A stretch of DNA of 45,706 nucleotides from a virus (Duplodnaviria; Caudoviricetes), in IMG/VR virus record IMGVR_UViG_3300042342_000653, positions 1-45,706 of that record; one strand, written 5' to 3'. Made by a program: the position numbers and the translations under genes. Numbering within the stretch: position 1 is the first letter of the stretch; every line of letters begins with the position of its first letter. The notes under the pieces are model-generated. The model was not told where the DNA came from. It did not search any database and saw nothing but the letters and a program-made list of their open reading frames with translations. Shown here in pieces: positions 16,415 through 26,316 of the stretch.

Positions 16415-19400
16415 TTATTTCCTAAATGTACCTACGTCTGTGTTAAACTTATCTGTGAGCAAGTCCGCAGCCCCACCAAGGACCTCGGCACCGGACTTAG
16501 CCGCAAGCTGGGCAAACCCTCCTAGTCCAGTCCTGGCCACCCAGTCAGTGGACTCTCCAAGAAGATCTGTTGCCTTGTATTGGTCATACCCTTGGCGTGA
16601 GATTGTTGACACTGCAGAACGGAACCAGTGCGGGGTGACGACCGTCATGTCCGTAGGAACCGCAGGGATTAGCTGCGTCAGAAGGAACTGCCAGTCTGGC
16701 TTCTCTTCTGTCGTCTCCCAGCCAGGAGGAAGGTCGTTGTAAGAAATGTAATCTGCCATTTTCCTGTATGCGACGTACCCAGCTCCTGGCGCGGTTACAC
16801 CAAAAGGCTTGTGGAACATGAAGCGCGCAAGCTCCGGAAGGGCCTTGCCAAACATGTAGGAGAAGGGGTAAAGGCCAAGGAACGGGTGGTTGATGCTGCG
16901 CTCAAACCAAGACCTGTTTGTCTTAAAGTAGTTTACTGCGTTCATCTCTTGTACTGACTTTGCGTATGACCACTTAACAGCCTCAAACATAGCCTGCTCA
17001 CCAGCGTGATCTTTAAGCAAGTTGCTCGTTGTGTCGGTAAGAATGTCTTGGGTTGATCGAATAGCCGCCCCGCGCTCCCCAGCAAAGTTTGCGTAGCGCT
17101 TGACTGTTTCACGAATAGTCTCACGCGCTCCTGCGCCGAGAGTTGAAAGGTCACCGGCGTCAAGTCGGATCTGCTCAATAAGGTTGCCCATGGTGGCAAA
17201 CTTGGCTCCGTACTTTCTAGCGTTTCCAATAGCCTCAATGATCTTGCTTGCGTCCGGAGTTGATGAGAACCCAGGGATGTAGGCGTCCATAAGCTCGCTT
17301 ACAATAGCCTTGTGCACATCCGCCAGCTGTAGCTGCGAAGTAAGGCCTCGCATCTCAACTCCGAATGCCTTTAGGGCACTATCATACTCTTTCCGGAGGA
17401 ACTGTAGGTTCGGACCGACCCTATTGAGCTCAAGCGCATACCTCTGGGCCACGTTGTCTAGCTGGTCAAGGGCTGTTCTGGCGCTAGATACGTCGTACCC
17501 TGCGTCCTGAGCCGCGTTAATGAACTTCGCCCGGAAGGTGCTCGTAATGATCCTTGGTCGGGCTCCGCCCTGGATAAGGGCACCGAACTTGTCGGCGGTA
17601 TGCATTGGTAGCACATCGTTAATGTCTTGAATAATTGTAGCCAGCTGGGATGCCGATGGGTTTACCGCAAACCCAAACCCTGGAGCCTTCATAGTGTTTA
17701 CTGCGGCTCCACCAAACTTGGCATTCTGCATTTTCTTGTAGTCCGTAGTCCACCCAGCAAGCTGGTCAAATGCGTCAGGGCCGTACTTAGAGTGAAGGGC
17801 AGCGTATTCGTGAGGCATATTCTCTTGCACAAACCTTTGGAACTTTGGGGCCAGGTCTGCGGCAGCCATAAGGTCTCTATACTGCTCTTTAAAGTCTGAG
17901 GTAAAGTCCCAACCCTTTGCAAGAATGCCGTTTTCTCCAAGAATAGTATCGCCAACTCCCTTACCAGTAAGTCCAGCCTTTAGACCCGCGTCAGCTGATC
18001 CTCGTGTCCTTGCACTATACGTAAAGAACGCCTGCTCATGGATTTGCATTGCCTGGGAGGATGCGCGCTCTCCGTACATCTGCCTCAAATCTCGTGCGTC
18101 AAGTCCGGCTGCCTTAAGCCTAGCCTCCATGTCTGCTCTGTTCATTCCTCGCAGCTCTGCGTAGAATGGAGACTCAATCAACTCTTGAGCAAAGAACATT
18201 GGGTTTACTTTGTACTTGAGTGTAGGATACAGGTTTTCTGAAATCTGCGTCAAGAACTTTCCGATGCCAGGAGCAGTCTTCATGCTGCCGCTGATCCATT
18301 GAGAATAGCCTGAGATGTCGTACTCTCCCTTAAAGGCCTTGATAACGTCTCCTTGCAAGTCTGGGGTGCGGATTCCAGCCTTCTGAAGGGCCTGAACTCG
18401 TTCCGCAAACGCCTCCCTAACGGAAGGTGCGCCACTTCTTTCTTGCAAAATACCGCCCATAATGTCCTCAAGGGTGTCTTTATCAAGACCCCTAGTTCCA
18501 ATGCGCTTCTCAACCGCCCTAGTTGTGATCCTCCGGTTAAACTCGTCAATCTCGTCAACGGTAAATCTATTTCTAAGAGTTAGCTGCAACCTTTGCACGG
18601 CAGATGAGGATACGAGAGACTGTGGCAGAGGTGCCATCATGGACTGAATTGCCCCCCTAATACCGCCAACCTTGTACGACTGCCTGTTGGAAAAATCTGG
18701 AAGACCATCAACAAACTCTGAGGTGATATCAATAAATGGTCTATCAATTGTCGCAACCTCGGGAACTGCAAGTCCCTGCCTCTCAACAGTGGCAATAAGT
18801 CTAGGCTCTCGAATAACGTTGTCCGCTGGGGCAATCCCTAGCTCGTAGCCGTCCCTTCTTGCCGCCGCAATAATTCCGTCAATCTCATCTGAACTCCCGG
18901 TTAAGGCCTTCCAAGCAGACCTAATTGCCGCTAGCTCCTTAGGAGTAGCCCTAGCCGTAGTTGAGCTAGATGTCTTTGCAGCAGTAAGGAAGTCTTTTAC
19001 CTGCTGTGCGGATACAGTCCCTGACGATAGCTGGTATCCTGGCTGATGCGCGGCGACGTCTTCAAACGCCGCTGCGGCCTGGGTTGCCCAAACTTTCTTA
19101 GTCTCAGCAGCCGCCGATGCTGGGTTCCCAGCCCTGGCCTTATTAAGTTGCGCAATAACTGCCTGAGGGACGTCTGGGTACTGGCTGGCGACTAGTCCCC
19201 CCTCTTGACCAAGATTGTCAAACATAGCAAGCCATTGCTCAACCTTGGTGTCAATTAAGCTGGTTGACTTCACAAACGTTGGCCTGGCATAAGCAGCTGG
19301 GTCCCCAAGCTCTTTAAGTACTGGAACTATCTGCTCCAACTCCCTAACAGTGATGGGCTTACCGAGAGCCTTGCTGATATCCTTTGCGTAACCGTCTTTT

Positions 19401-21430
19401 TCGCGGAGCGTCGCCTTCTCAAAGAGTGACGCTACGTGGAGTACGCGCCTTACGTTCCCCATCCTGTTGATGTTGAAGCCATACGACGTTGACCGGGCAA
19501 AGGCAAACTTCTGCGAAAGCTGCCGTGAAATGTTAGCAGCTGACGACAATTGACCCGCCTCGTCAAAGTATTTTCCGCCTACTACCAAGCCCTCATCGGT
19601 TAGCCTTGCGCCACCGAAGAATTCCTCAAGAATAATACCAATTTGGGCTGGTGTTGCCTCTATTCTCCCTGCAGACCTAGCAACATCGTCAGAGGAGGCG
19701 TTGGCAAGATCATTGGCAAGCCTCTCTGCGTACATTAAGGCACGCTTAGAGGCGGCCCTAGAGCTAGTACCTGGAGTAGGGCCGGCAATTCCCACGTACT
19801 CTGCCTCTTTCCTAACCTCCAAGGCGATCTCGTCAAGAAGACCGTTGTCAATCATGTCCATGTTTGTAGATGCTGCCCTAACTGCATCCTGAACTGGGTC
19901 ATAACCAACTAGCTCCGTGTCCATTCGGGACTGCAAAAGCCTATTTCGTAGACGATTCTTTGCAGCCTGCTTGGTCGTTGTTTCGTCAACAATACGCAAG
20001 CCGCTTCCTGGGTCCGTTCTTGGTCCGTAACCAGGAGAAGCGTCCTGCATAAATGCAATGATTTCTTCTCGGCTCATGCCGTACTTAACTTCAAGCCCAA
20101 GTTCACCAGCGCTGTCCGCAAGTTTTGCAAGAACATAGTCAGTTGTGCCTGGGAACTTAAGAGATCCTCCGCTTGATTCGGTTAGCATATTGAACGTAGC
20201 GTCGTCAACGTTATTGTACCTAGCGTCCTTATAGTCCTGGAGCGCCTTGTTAATGTCAGCGTCAACGTTTTCTACAACGTTATCAACTGTTGCCTCAACC
20301 TCACCAATCCTAGATCGAGATACAGACTGGATTACAGAGTTTACCTTTGCGATAGCAAACCTTCGCAACCCAAGCTTTGCCACCTCCGCACCAAAGCCCC
20401 TCTCTGCTGCTTTGTGGAAATCGTCAACAGTGCTTGCGCCGTGCGCCTTAAGAAGAAGTTGACCAGACTTAAACTTAAGTCCTTCCTTTACCCCGGCTGC
20501 AACATTGCGCATTGGGCGAAAGATAGCCTTGTCAATCTCGTTATAAATAAGGTACCTGCCCCTGTTTAGGTCTGGCGGAAGGGCATCCCCAGACTTCTCA
20601 AAGGTTTGTATAGCACGAGCCTTTGCGCTTAGATCAAGGCCGCTCTCCTTTGAGATTGTCTTGGCCCCAGCCTTCCACCCCAGCTGCGCAATCTTTGTCC
20701 CGACTTTCCCGCCAAGGAAATATCCAGCAGCGCCACCAGCTACGGCGCCTACTGGACCAGCAATGCTGCCTGCGGCGATACCTGCACCCGTTGTTCCAAG
20801 CCTTCCTATTGACTTTAGCAGGTTAACTTTGCCAAGAGCAAACGGTGTCAGGTTGAGAGGGTCAAGGAGGAGCGACAGTCCCAGGTTGACTGTTCTGTCG
20901 TTTGCCAAAGACCTTCCGGTCTGTCGCATATACTGGATAACACTCTCTTCTGATGCGCCGCTATCAACCATGGCCTGGATGTCGGCAGGGAGTGTTCCGT
21001 TCGCGGTTTTAACTCGCAGCATGGCGCCAAAGTCTTGCACCATCTCTCCAGGCTTGGCAAGAATGTCAAGGAAGATTTTACCAATATTTCCTACGACGTC
21101 CCCCACGCTTCCGTCTCCAATCCTTTGGCTAGCAATAAAGCCAAGGGGGCTTGCGCCAATGACGTCTGCTCCAACCTTGATTCCTGCGCCTAGGGCCTGA
21201 CCGGCCATGCCGAGACCTCGGAATGGCAGTGAGGCGGCGTAGTCTAGCGGGTTGCTAGAATCTCCCCCTTGTGAAAGAGAGTTAGGTACATCCAGCAGCC
21301 TACCAGTGTTAAGTGTCCCGTCTGACCCTACCTTAATGTTCAGCTCTCGAGAAGTAATACCATTTCCGCTTTGCGGACTAGTATCGTACGGTGGAGTTGG
21401 ATCAATGATGCTACCGCCAATTTGGACCAT
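16415..21430 (-). CDS. Large internal virion/ejection-type protein (1671 aa)
   Basis: Helical and Ala/Gly-rich with a hydrophobic glycine-zipper-like N-terminal region (LLLDPLNL); lies between portal and scaffold. Confidence 0.6.
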   Translation of the reverse strand: MVQIGGSIIDPTPPYDTSPQSGNGITSRELNIKVGSDGTLNTGRLLDVPNSLSQGGDSSNPLDYAASLPFRGLGMAGQALGAGIKVGADVIGASPLGFIASQRIGDGSVGDVVGNIGKIFLDILAKPGEMVQDFGAMLRVKTANGTLPADIQAMVDSGASEESVIQYMRQTGRSLANDRTVNLGLSLLLDPLNLTPFALGKVNLLKSIGRLGTTGAGIAAGSIAGPVGAVAGGAAGYFLGGKVGTKIAQLGWKAGAKTISKESGLDLSAKARAIQTFEKSGDALPPDLNRGRYLIYNEIDKAIFRPMRNVAAGVKEGLKFKSGQLLLKAHGASTVDDFHKAAERGFGAEVAKLGLRRFAIAKVNSVIQSVSRSRIGEVEATVDNVVENVDADINKALQDYKDARYNNVDDATFNMLTESSGGSLKFPGTTDYVLAKLADSAGELGLEVKYGMSREEIIAFMQDASPGYGPRTDPGSGLRIVDETTTKQAAKNRLRNRLLQSRMDTELVGYDPVQDAVRAASTNMDMIDNGLLDEIALEVRKEAEYVGIAGPTPGTSSRAASKRALMYAERLANDLANASSDDVARSAGRIEATPAQIGIILEEFFGGARLTDEGLVVGGKYFDEAGQLSSAANISRQLSQKFAFARSTSYGFNINRMGNVRRVLHVASLFEKATLREKDGYAKDISKALGKPITVRELEQIVPVLKELGDPAAYARPTFVKSTSLIDTKVEQWLAMFDNLGQEGGLVASQYPDVPQAVIAQLNKARAGNPASAAAETKKVWATQAAAAFEDVAAHQPGYQLSSGTVSAQQVKDFLTAAKTSSSTTARATPKELAAIRSAWKALTGSSDEIDGIIAAARRDGYELGIAPADNVIREPRLIATVERQGLAVPEVATIDRPFIDITSEFVDGLPDFSNRQSYKVGGIRGAIQSMMAPLPQSLVSSSAVQRLQLTLRNRFTVDEIDEFNRRITTRAVEKRIGTRGLDKDTLEDIMGGILQERSGAPSVREAFAERVQALQKAGIRTPDLQGDVIKAFKGEYDISGYSQWISGSMKTAPGIGKFLTQISENLYPTLKYKVNPMFFAQELIESPFYAELRGMNRADMEARLKAAGLDARDLRQMYGERASSQAMQIHEQAFFTYSARTRGSADAGLKAGLTGKGVGDTILGENGILAKGWDFTSDFKEQYRDLMAAADLAPKFQRFVQENMPHEYAALHSKYGPDAFDQLAGWTTDYKKMQNAKFGGAAVNTMKAPGFGFAVNPSASQLATIIQDINDVLPMHTADKFGALIQGGARPRIITSTFRAKFINAAQDAGYDVSSARTALDQLDNVAQRYALELNRVGPNLQFLRKEYDSALKAFGVEMRGLTSQLQLADVHKAIVSELMDAYIPGFSSTPDASKIIEAIGNARKYGAKFATMGNLIEQIRLDAGDLSTLGAGARETIRETVKRYANFAGERGAAIRSTQDILTDTTSNLLKDHAGEQAMFEAVKWSYAKSVQEMNAVNYFKTNRSWFERSINHPFLGLYPFSYMFGKALPELARFMFHKPFGVTAPGAGYVAYRKMADYISYNDLPPGWETTEEKPDWQFLLTQLIPAVPTDMTVVTPHWFRSAVSTISRQGYDQYKATDLLGESTDWVARTGLGGFAQLAAKSGAEVLGGAADLLTDKFNTDVGTFRK

Positions 21431-24258
21431 TACAAGTTCCTCATTCTGCGCGTCGTATCAGATGGCCTCATGCTTGGGCCTCCTGGTGCTTTGCTGTTAG
21501 GAATCCCAGGCGATACCGCTGGTGCGGTGACTCCTGGACCATCTGGATTTAGGCCAGGGCCAATAATAGGAGCCCTTCCCCCAGGAGGTGGGGCAATTGG
21601 ATCAACTGGAGTTAGAGATGGGGCAATGTTCCTAAAGGTATGCTCCATAAGGTCAGAGGTAGGAATAAACTTTCCAGTCTGAGTGCCTCTGACTCCGGCT
21701 GTTCCGCCCATGCCAGCCCCATTTTGAACCAGAGGAGCTGTTGGCTGTGGGTTTCCATTAATCCCAAACGAAGGATCTGTTGAGGCGAAAGCGTTAGGGT
21801 CGGGCTTAGATCCGGCAGGAGCTGGTGGAAGGTTGTCCTTGGTGTTGTCAGTACTATTTGTGTACCTGATGCCATCCTTAAAGATATTCCACGTCAAACC
21901 TCCGTCACCCTGATCCGCGCTGAGCTCAAGACCATTGAGGATCATGTTAAGAATCTTCCCTCCTGGGTCGGTAATTCCCTTGTTCTTCCTAAGCCAGTTT
22001 GATACAGCGTTTCTTGCGTCTGTACCTTGTGCCCCAGAAGTGAAGATTTCCATTCTATAATCGCTAAGAAAATCTTCTCCAAGAAGTAGCGTTCCACCAA
22101 CATTAGTTACCTGTACGTCTTTTAGATTAATTCCTGCGGCCTTCATCCAGTCAGTAATAGCAGGTGTTCCAAAGAGACCAGTAGCCGTAAGTGCCCTAAG
22201 CAAATCATTTCCTGCGGTGAAATTCATAATCCCAGGTGTTGATGCGTCTGGCTCAAGCCTAAACCCAGAGAAGTCTCCAGTCGTTGCATTTGGCTGAGAA
22301 GAATACCAAGTAGTAAAGCTCTCAATTTGAGCTGAGGTAAATGCAACTGGCTTTCCCATGCCGGCAGTAAAGTCAAGAATGATTAGATCATTTGCATCGT
22401 TTCCTCCAGCGTAGTTTCCACCACCCGGCACAGGAACAAACCTAATCTTTTTTCCATTGACAAGCCCGTCTTCTCCCTTGAATGGGATCGACTGGGTGTA
22501 GTAGATGTCCCCGTTCTTCCCGGTAGAGATTACGTAGTCTTTGCTGCCTACGTTTGCGCTTGGTACGACACTGAACGTAAACTCTCCAGTCTTTGGGTTC
22601 ATCTTGTAAGCCATTGCTCTGGTTGGGTTGCCGTTTGGATCTACTGTGTCAGTAATTGATTTTGGGATATATGTTGACTCAATATAAAGTCTAAGGATAT
22701 CTCCGGTGGTCACGCTTCCGGCTCCGCCAAGAGCGTTGTCCAGAGCTGACATGGTACCTGCAATCCCTAGGTTGTATAGCTCGTTTGGGATTGCTCCGCT
22801 TGTAGCAGCGTTAGGGTTATTCTTCATTACAAACAGCCACTCTCCAATTCCGTTTGCAATATCTGTCTTGTCCATTCCGGCGGTAGCTCCGTTTGCGGAA
22901 AGAAAATCTACGAGATCTCCAATGGTCTTAATTGCAGGATTACCTGGGACAAGACCCTCAATGTAGCCTGACCCATATTGGTTTACTTGAGCAATCGTGG
23001 AGCTATCCGTTACGTTGGATTCAAACCCGGCCCCGGCAACGCTTCCTACTAGCTGGTTTAGGGCGTCCCTAGTTGCTCCTGGCTCACCTGAGAATTGAAC
23101 ACCAATGCTACCTCCCACCTTTGCGTATTCCCCGTTGAATGAGGTGACGTAGGGGCGCGTTGACGCCGCGAATGCGCCGTTTGTATACTTAGTTGAAACT
23201 TCGTCGGCAAACGTAATCCACTTGCCAATATCGGCGCCATAGCCTTGACTCTTTAGCTCTTCAAGTTGGGTTGAAAGGTCCCCAAAGATGCCTGCGATGG
23301 AGCGCATTTCCTCAACGGACAATCCGTTTGCGCTTGCGCCAGCGTCAAACATAGCTGAGTAGTCCATGCCGGATGACTGGACGATGTTGGAGAACCTAGT
23401 GAGCCAATCGTCACCATTACCCTTGCCAAAGTCTTTGGAGAGAGACTCAACAACGTCTGTTGAAGAGACGTAGTTGCCAAGGATTGGCTTAACCAACCTC
23501 TGAATGGCTGACGCCATGGCGTCAGTCTCGTCTCGCATTCCATTCTCAATGGCCTCCCCTCGTGCGTTCTCTGCGTCGGTCTTTGCCCTTGAGATGGCCG
23601 AGGCACGTGCCTGAACGATGTCCCGGTACGTTTGGCTTGTCGCCGTAAGTCCGTTGGCTCGGGCTCGAACAAGTTCGGCATCGTAGAATTTGACAAGCTG
23701 GTTGGCCGTATACTTCTTCTCGTTAAACCCGTTCACCATATTCTCGGCAGCGTAATTGTAAGAAACGGTATAGAGCTTGCTCTTTAGTCGCTCCCTGTCA
23801 GATACGGTCATGCCCTCGTCCCCAAGGATGGTATTCATCCACTTCTCGTACGCTGCACCATCAATCTTAGCGGACCCAGAACCACCAATAAGTGAAAGGT
23901 CAATGGAGTTACCAGCCTTGTAGGCATTGTCCAGGACAGTCTCAATGTCTCGAAGGGACTGAATCCGGAACTCTTCAGCCTGGGTTCGGAATCTCTCCGC
24001 CCCAGTTGAGTCGCCAACGGCGTCGGCAGCGGAGGCCTGAGCCTTGTACCAGTCAACCAGTGTTGCCGCCGTTGCTGGACGAGTCGTACCGTCAGAGGTA
24101 AACAACCCAGCTGCGCTTCCGGACATCATATTGTTCTTGTATGCCGTCAACATCGTGGTCTCTTGATTGTTGCGCTCTTCCTTTAGCAGAGAATAGACAA
24201 GCGACGACAGGTTCTGTGAACCCGATGCCGAACGTCCGAACCTACCTCGTCGTGCCAT
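21430..24258 (-). CDS. Large internal virion/ejection-type protein (942 aa)
   Basis: Follows the portal; Arg-rich N-terminus, Pro/Gly-rich tail, almost no Cys. Confidence 0.55.
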   Translation of the reverse strand: MARRGRFGRSASGSQNLSSLVYSLLKEERNNQETTMLTAYKNNMMSGSAAGLFTSDGTTRPATAATLVDWYKAQASAADAVGDSTGAERFRTQAEEFRIQSLRDIETVLDNAYKAGNSIDLSLIGGSGSAKIDGAAYEKWMNTILGDEGMTVSDRERLKSKLYTVSYNYAAENMVNGFNEKKYTANQLVKFYDAELVRARANGLTATSQTYRDIVQARASAISRAKTDAENARGEAIENGMRDETDAMASAIQRLVKPILGNYVSSTDVVESLSKDFGKGNGDDWLTRFSNIVQSSGMDYSAMFDAGASANGLSVEEMRSIAGIFGDLSTQLEELKSQGYGADIGKWITFADEVSTKYTNGAFAASTRPYVTSFNGEYAKVGGSIGVQFSGEPGATRDALNQLVGSVAGAGFESNVTDSSTIAQVNQYGSGYIEGLVPGNPAIKTIGDLVDFLSANGATAGMDKTDIANGIGEWLFVMKNNPNAATSGAIPNELYNLGIAGTMSALDNALGGAGSVTTGDILRLYIESTYIPKSITDTVDPNGNPTRAMAYKMNPKTGEFTFSVVPSANVGSKDYVISTGKNGDIYYTQSIPFKGEDGLVNGKKIRFVPVPGGGNYAGGNDANDLIILDFTAGMGKPVAFTSAQIESFTTWYSSQPNATTGDFSGFRLEPDASTPGIMNFTAGNDLLRALTATGLFGTPAITDWMKAAGINLKDVQVTNVGGTLLLGEDFLSDYRMEIFTSGAQGTDARNAVSNWLRKNKGITDPGGKILNMILNGLELSADQGDGGLTWNIFKDGIRYTNSTDNTKDNLPPAPAGSKPDPNAFASTDPSFGINGNPQPTAPLVQNGAGMGGTAGVRGTQTGKFIPTSDLMEHTFRNIAPSLTPVDPIAPPPGGRAPIIGPGLNPDGPGVTAPAVSPGIPNSKAPGGPSMRPSDTTRRMRNL

Positions 24259-24270
24259 TGTAGTCCTCCG

Positions 24271-26316
24271 TTATCTTGCTAGGCGATTGATGGTTTTGTT
24301 TTGTCGTAGAGCCGCAATCTGCGCCCCTAGGTCACCCGGTTGGCCAACTCCAGCTTGTGGGTCAGCGCCTGGCTGGGCGTTCTCTGGAAGCATTTCCGGA
24401 GGAACTTCACCCATCTCTCCGCCATTCATCATCTCGGTGCCCTGAGACTGTCCTACCTGACGGAAGGCATTCTCAGCAGAGGCCTGCTGCGCCTGTAGTT
24501 GCTGCTGGATTCCAGGAGGGACTCCTTGGCCGCCCATAGCCTGAGGGTCTCCTTGCGGTTGCTGTGGCTGTTGCTGCTGCATCATAGCCTGCTGCTGCTG
24601 CATTGCCATCTGCTGCTGCTGAAGCTGCTGGAACATCATCATGAGCTGACCCATTGTGAGAACTGCAGCTGGGTTGAGGGTTGCGTCGGTCTGCTCGTCG
24701 CGGATGATCTCCTTCTCGCCTTCTGGGTCCTCCACGCCAACTCGGTCCATTGCGCGCTCTGCGCTCCAGATGCGACCCTGAACAAGGTTGAGTGCAGTCT
24801 GGGCAAGCTCAAGCGTGTCTCGTGGGGTAAGCTCAGGAGGGGTAATCTCTAGTCGATACTCGCCACCGATGATCTCGCTGATGGCCTTATCCTTGGCCTC
24901 CCACATTCGGGCGGACATCTCCCAGACCTTCTTCATCCAGGAGTAGAGTAGCTTCCGCTTAGGGGCGATGCGCTGTTCGTAGTTGGCAACGAGAGAAGCG
25001 ATTGCTCGGCTTGAGCCAAGAACGCTTGACGGAGCCAGCCCAAGGAGCAGGTCGTTGAGTCCTGTGACTACCGCAATTTCGCGGTCGATGCGCTTGTTGT
25101 AATCTTCAACCTGGAACTGAGGAATGAATGGCGTAATGGCACGCAACTCATTGCCAGGTCCTGGCGTAGCAACGCGGCCCGGCTTAGGGATTGCGTTGGC
25201 TGGAACTTCGTCTGGGGCGTCGCCTCCAACGAGCTGCCACATCTGGCCACCGACAACAGACTGAATCATCTGCGCCTGCGCCGTGATGCGCTCGTCCTTC
25301 TCACGGAGAAGCTGCTCAACGTCAAAGAGTTCCGACTTGCCGTATGGGCTGCCAGGGATCATGCTGTTGCGCAACGTGACGTATGGCAGGACACCAGCTA
25401 GCTCTGGGTGCTTGGATACCTTAACAATCGTGTTGCCCACAATAAGCGCGTTGCACACGAGTGGTGGCTTGCCCGGCTTGGTAGGGTGCTTGTACCAGTA
25501 GTCAAGCACAGTGATCTTCATGTTGTCATAGGCCGTGTTAATACGACCTGGGTCTCGGCTGTATTCTTTCGTGTAGACATTGGCAAGTGGGTCATCGTGG
25601 CTTGCCTGGTACGTGTATGGGTGCCACTTGCTACCGCTCTGGACAGGTACGATCTCAATGCCAAAGTCTTCCATGGCAGCCTGTGGACTTAGGCCGTAAG
25701 TGTAGATGGCCCAGTCAATTCGGTTGTAGTTAGAGTCGCCGTAACCTAGATACAGATTCTCTGGGGTGTCAATGATGGTTACCTTAGGTAGGCCAGCCAC
25801 CCCATCCCAGGTAATCTTAGCTGCGGTATGACCGTAAAGGCTCTTGTAGAGACAAGCCTCCTCTAGGCGTACGTCAAGCTCGTTTGCCTCTGACCAGGCA
25901 AAGTATAGCCGCTCTCGTCGGGCAGCCTGCGAGCGACCCTCCTTGTCCATTGTGGTAGGTACGTAGTTAACTACCGGAGGCACTGCCTGCAAGGATGATG
26001 GAATGTTCACATATGCTGGATGTACGTTAACGGAAACGTGAGCACGCCCGGCAGTGCGAGCTGACGGGTCCTCCGCCCAGTGATCGGCACCGCCGAGCGT
26101 GAGCGTATTAGGGTAGTAGAAGTGGTCAAATCTACGGAATGTTGATCGAAGTCGGGCCTGCTCAGGCTCCTGCATATGCTTCTTAGTGTAGGCATCCTTG
26201 AGGATGGCGTAGTTCTCGTCGCTTGCCGGATCAATGTCCTTAAGGGACAAGGCGCTAGACGCCATAGTCAAAGCGTGCTGGTCGGCGTCTGGCAGTTTAT
26301 ACTGTTGCTTTGCCAT
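24271..26316 (-). CDS. Portal protein (podovirus-like) with a Gln-rich C-terminus
   Basis: Directly after TerL; PGSPYGKSELFDV motif; poly-Q tail. Confidence 0.85.
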   Translation of the reverse strand: MAKQQYKLPDADQHALTMASSALSLKDIDPASDENYAILKDAYTKKHMQEPEQARLRSTFRRFDHFYYPNTLTLGGADHWAEDPSARTAGRAHVSVNVHPAYVNIPSSLQAVPPVVNYVPTTMDKEGRSQAARRERLYFAWSEANELDVRLEEACLYKSLYGHTAAKITWDGVAGLPKVTIIDTPENLYLGYGDSNYNRIDWAIYTYGLSPQAAMEDFGIEIVPVQSGSKWHPYTYQASHDDPLANVYTKEYSRDPGRINTAYDNMKITVLDYWYKHPTKPGKPPLVCNALIVGNTIVKVSKHPELAGVLPYVTLRNSMIPGSPYGKSELFDVEQLLREKDERITAQAQMIQSVVGGQMWQLVGGDAPDEVPANAIPKPGRVATPGPGNELRAITPFIPQFQVEDYNKRIDREIAVVTGLNDLLLGLAPSSVLGSSRAIASLVANYEQRIAPKRKLLYSWMKKVWEMSARMWEAKDKAISEIIGGEYRLEITPPELTPRDTLELAQTALNLVQGRIWSAERAMDRVGVEDPEGEKEIIRDEQTDATLNPAAVLTMGQLMMMFQQLQQQQMAMQQQQAMMQQQQPQQPQGDPQAMGGQGVPPGIQQQLQAQQASAENAFRQVGQSQGTEMMNGGEMGEVPPEMLPENAQPGADPQAGVGQPGDLGAQIAALRQNKTINRLAR

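Noticed and set aside
16415-21430. Tape measure protein or virion RNA polymerase
   Set aside because: Position between portal and scaffold is atypical for a tape measure, and no polymerase catalytic motif was recognised; left as an internal virion protein
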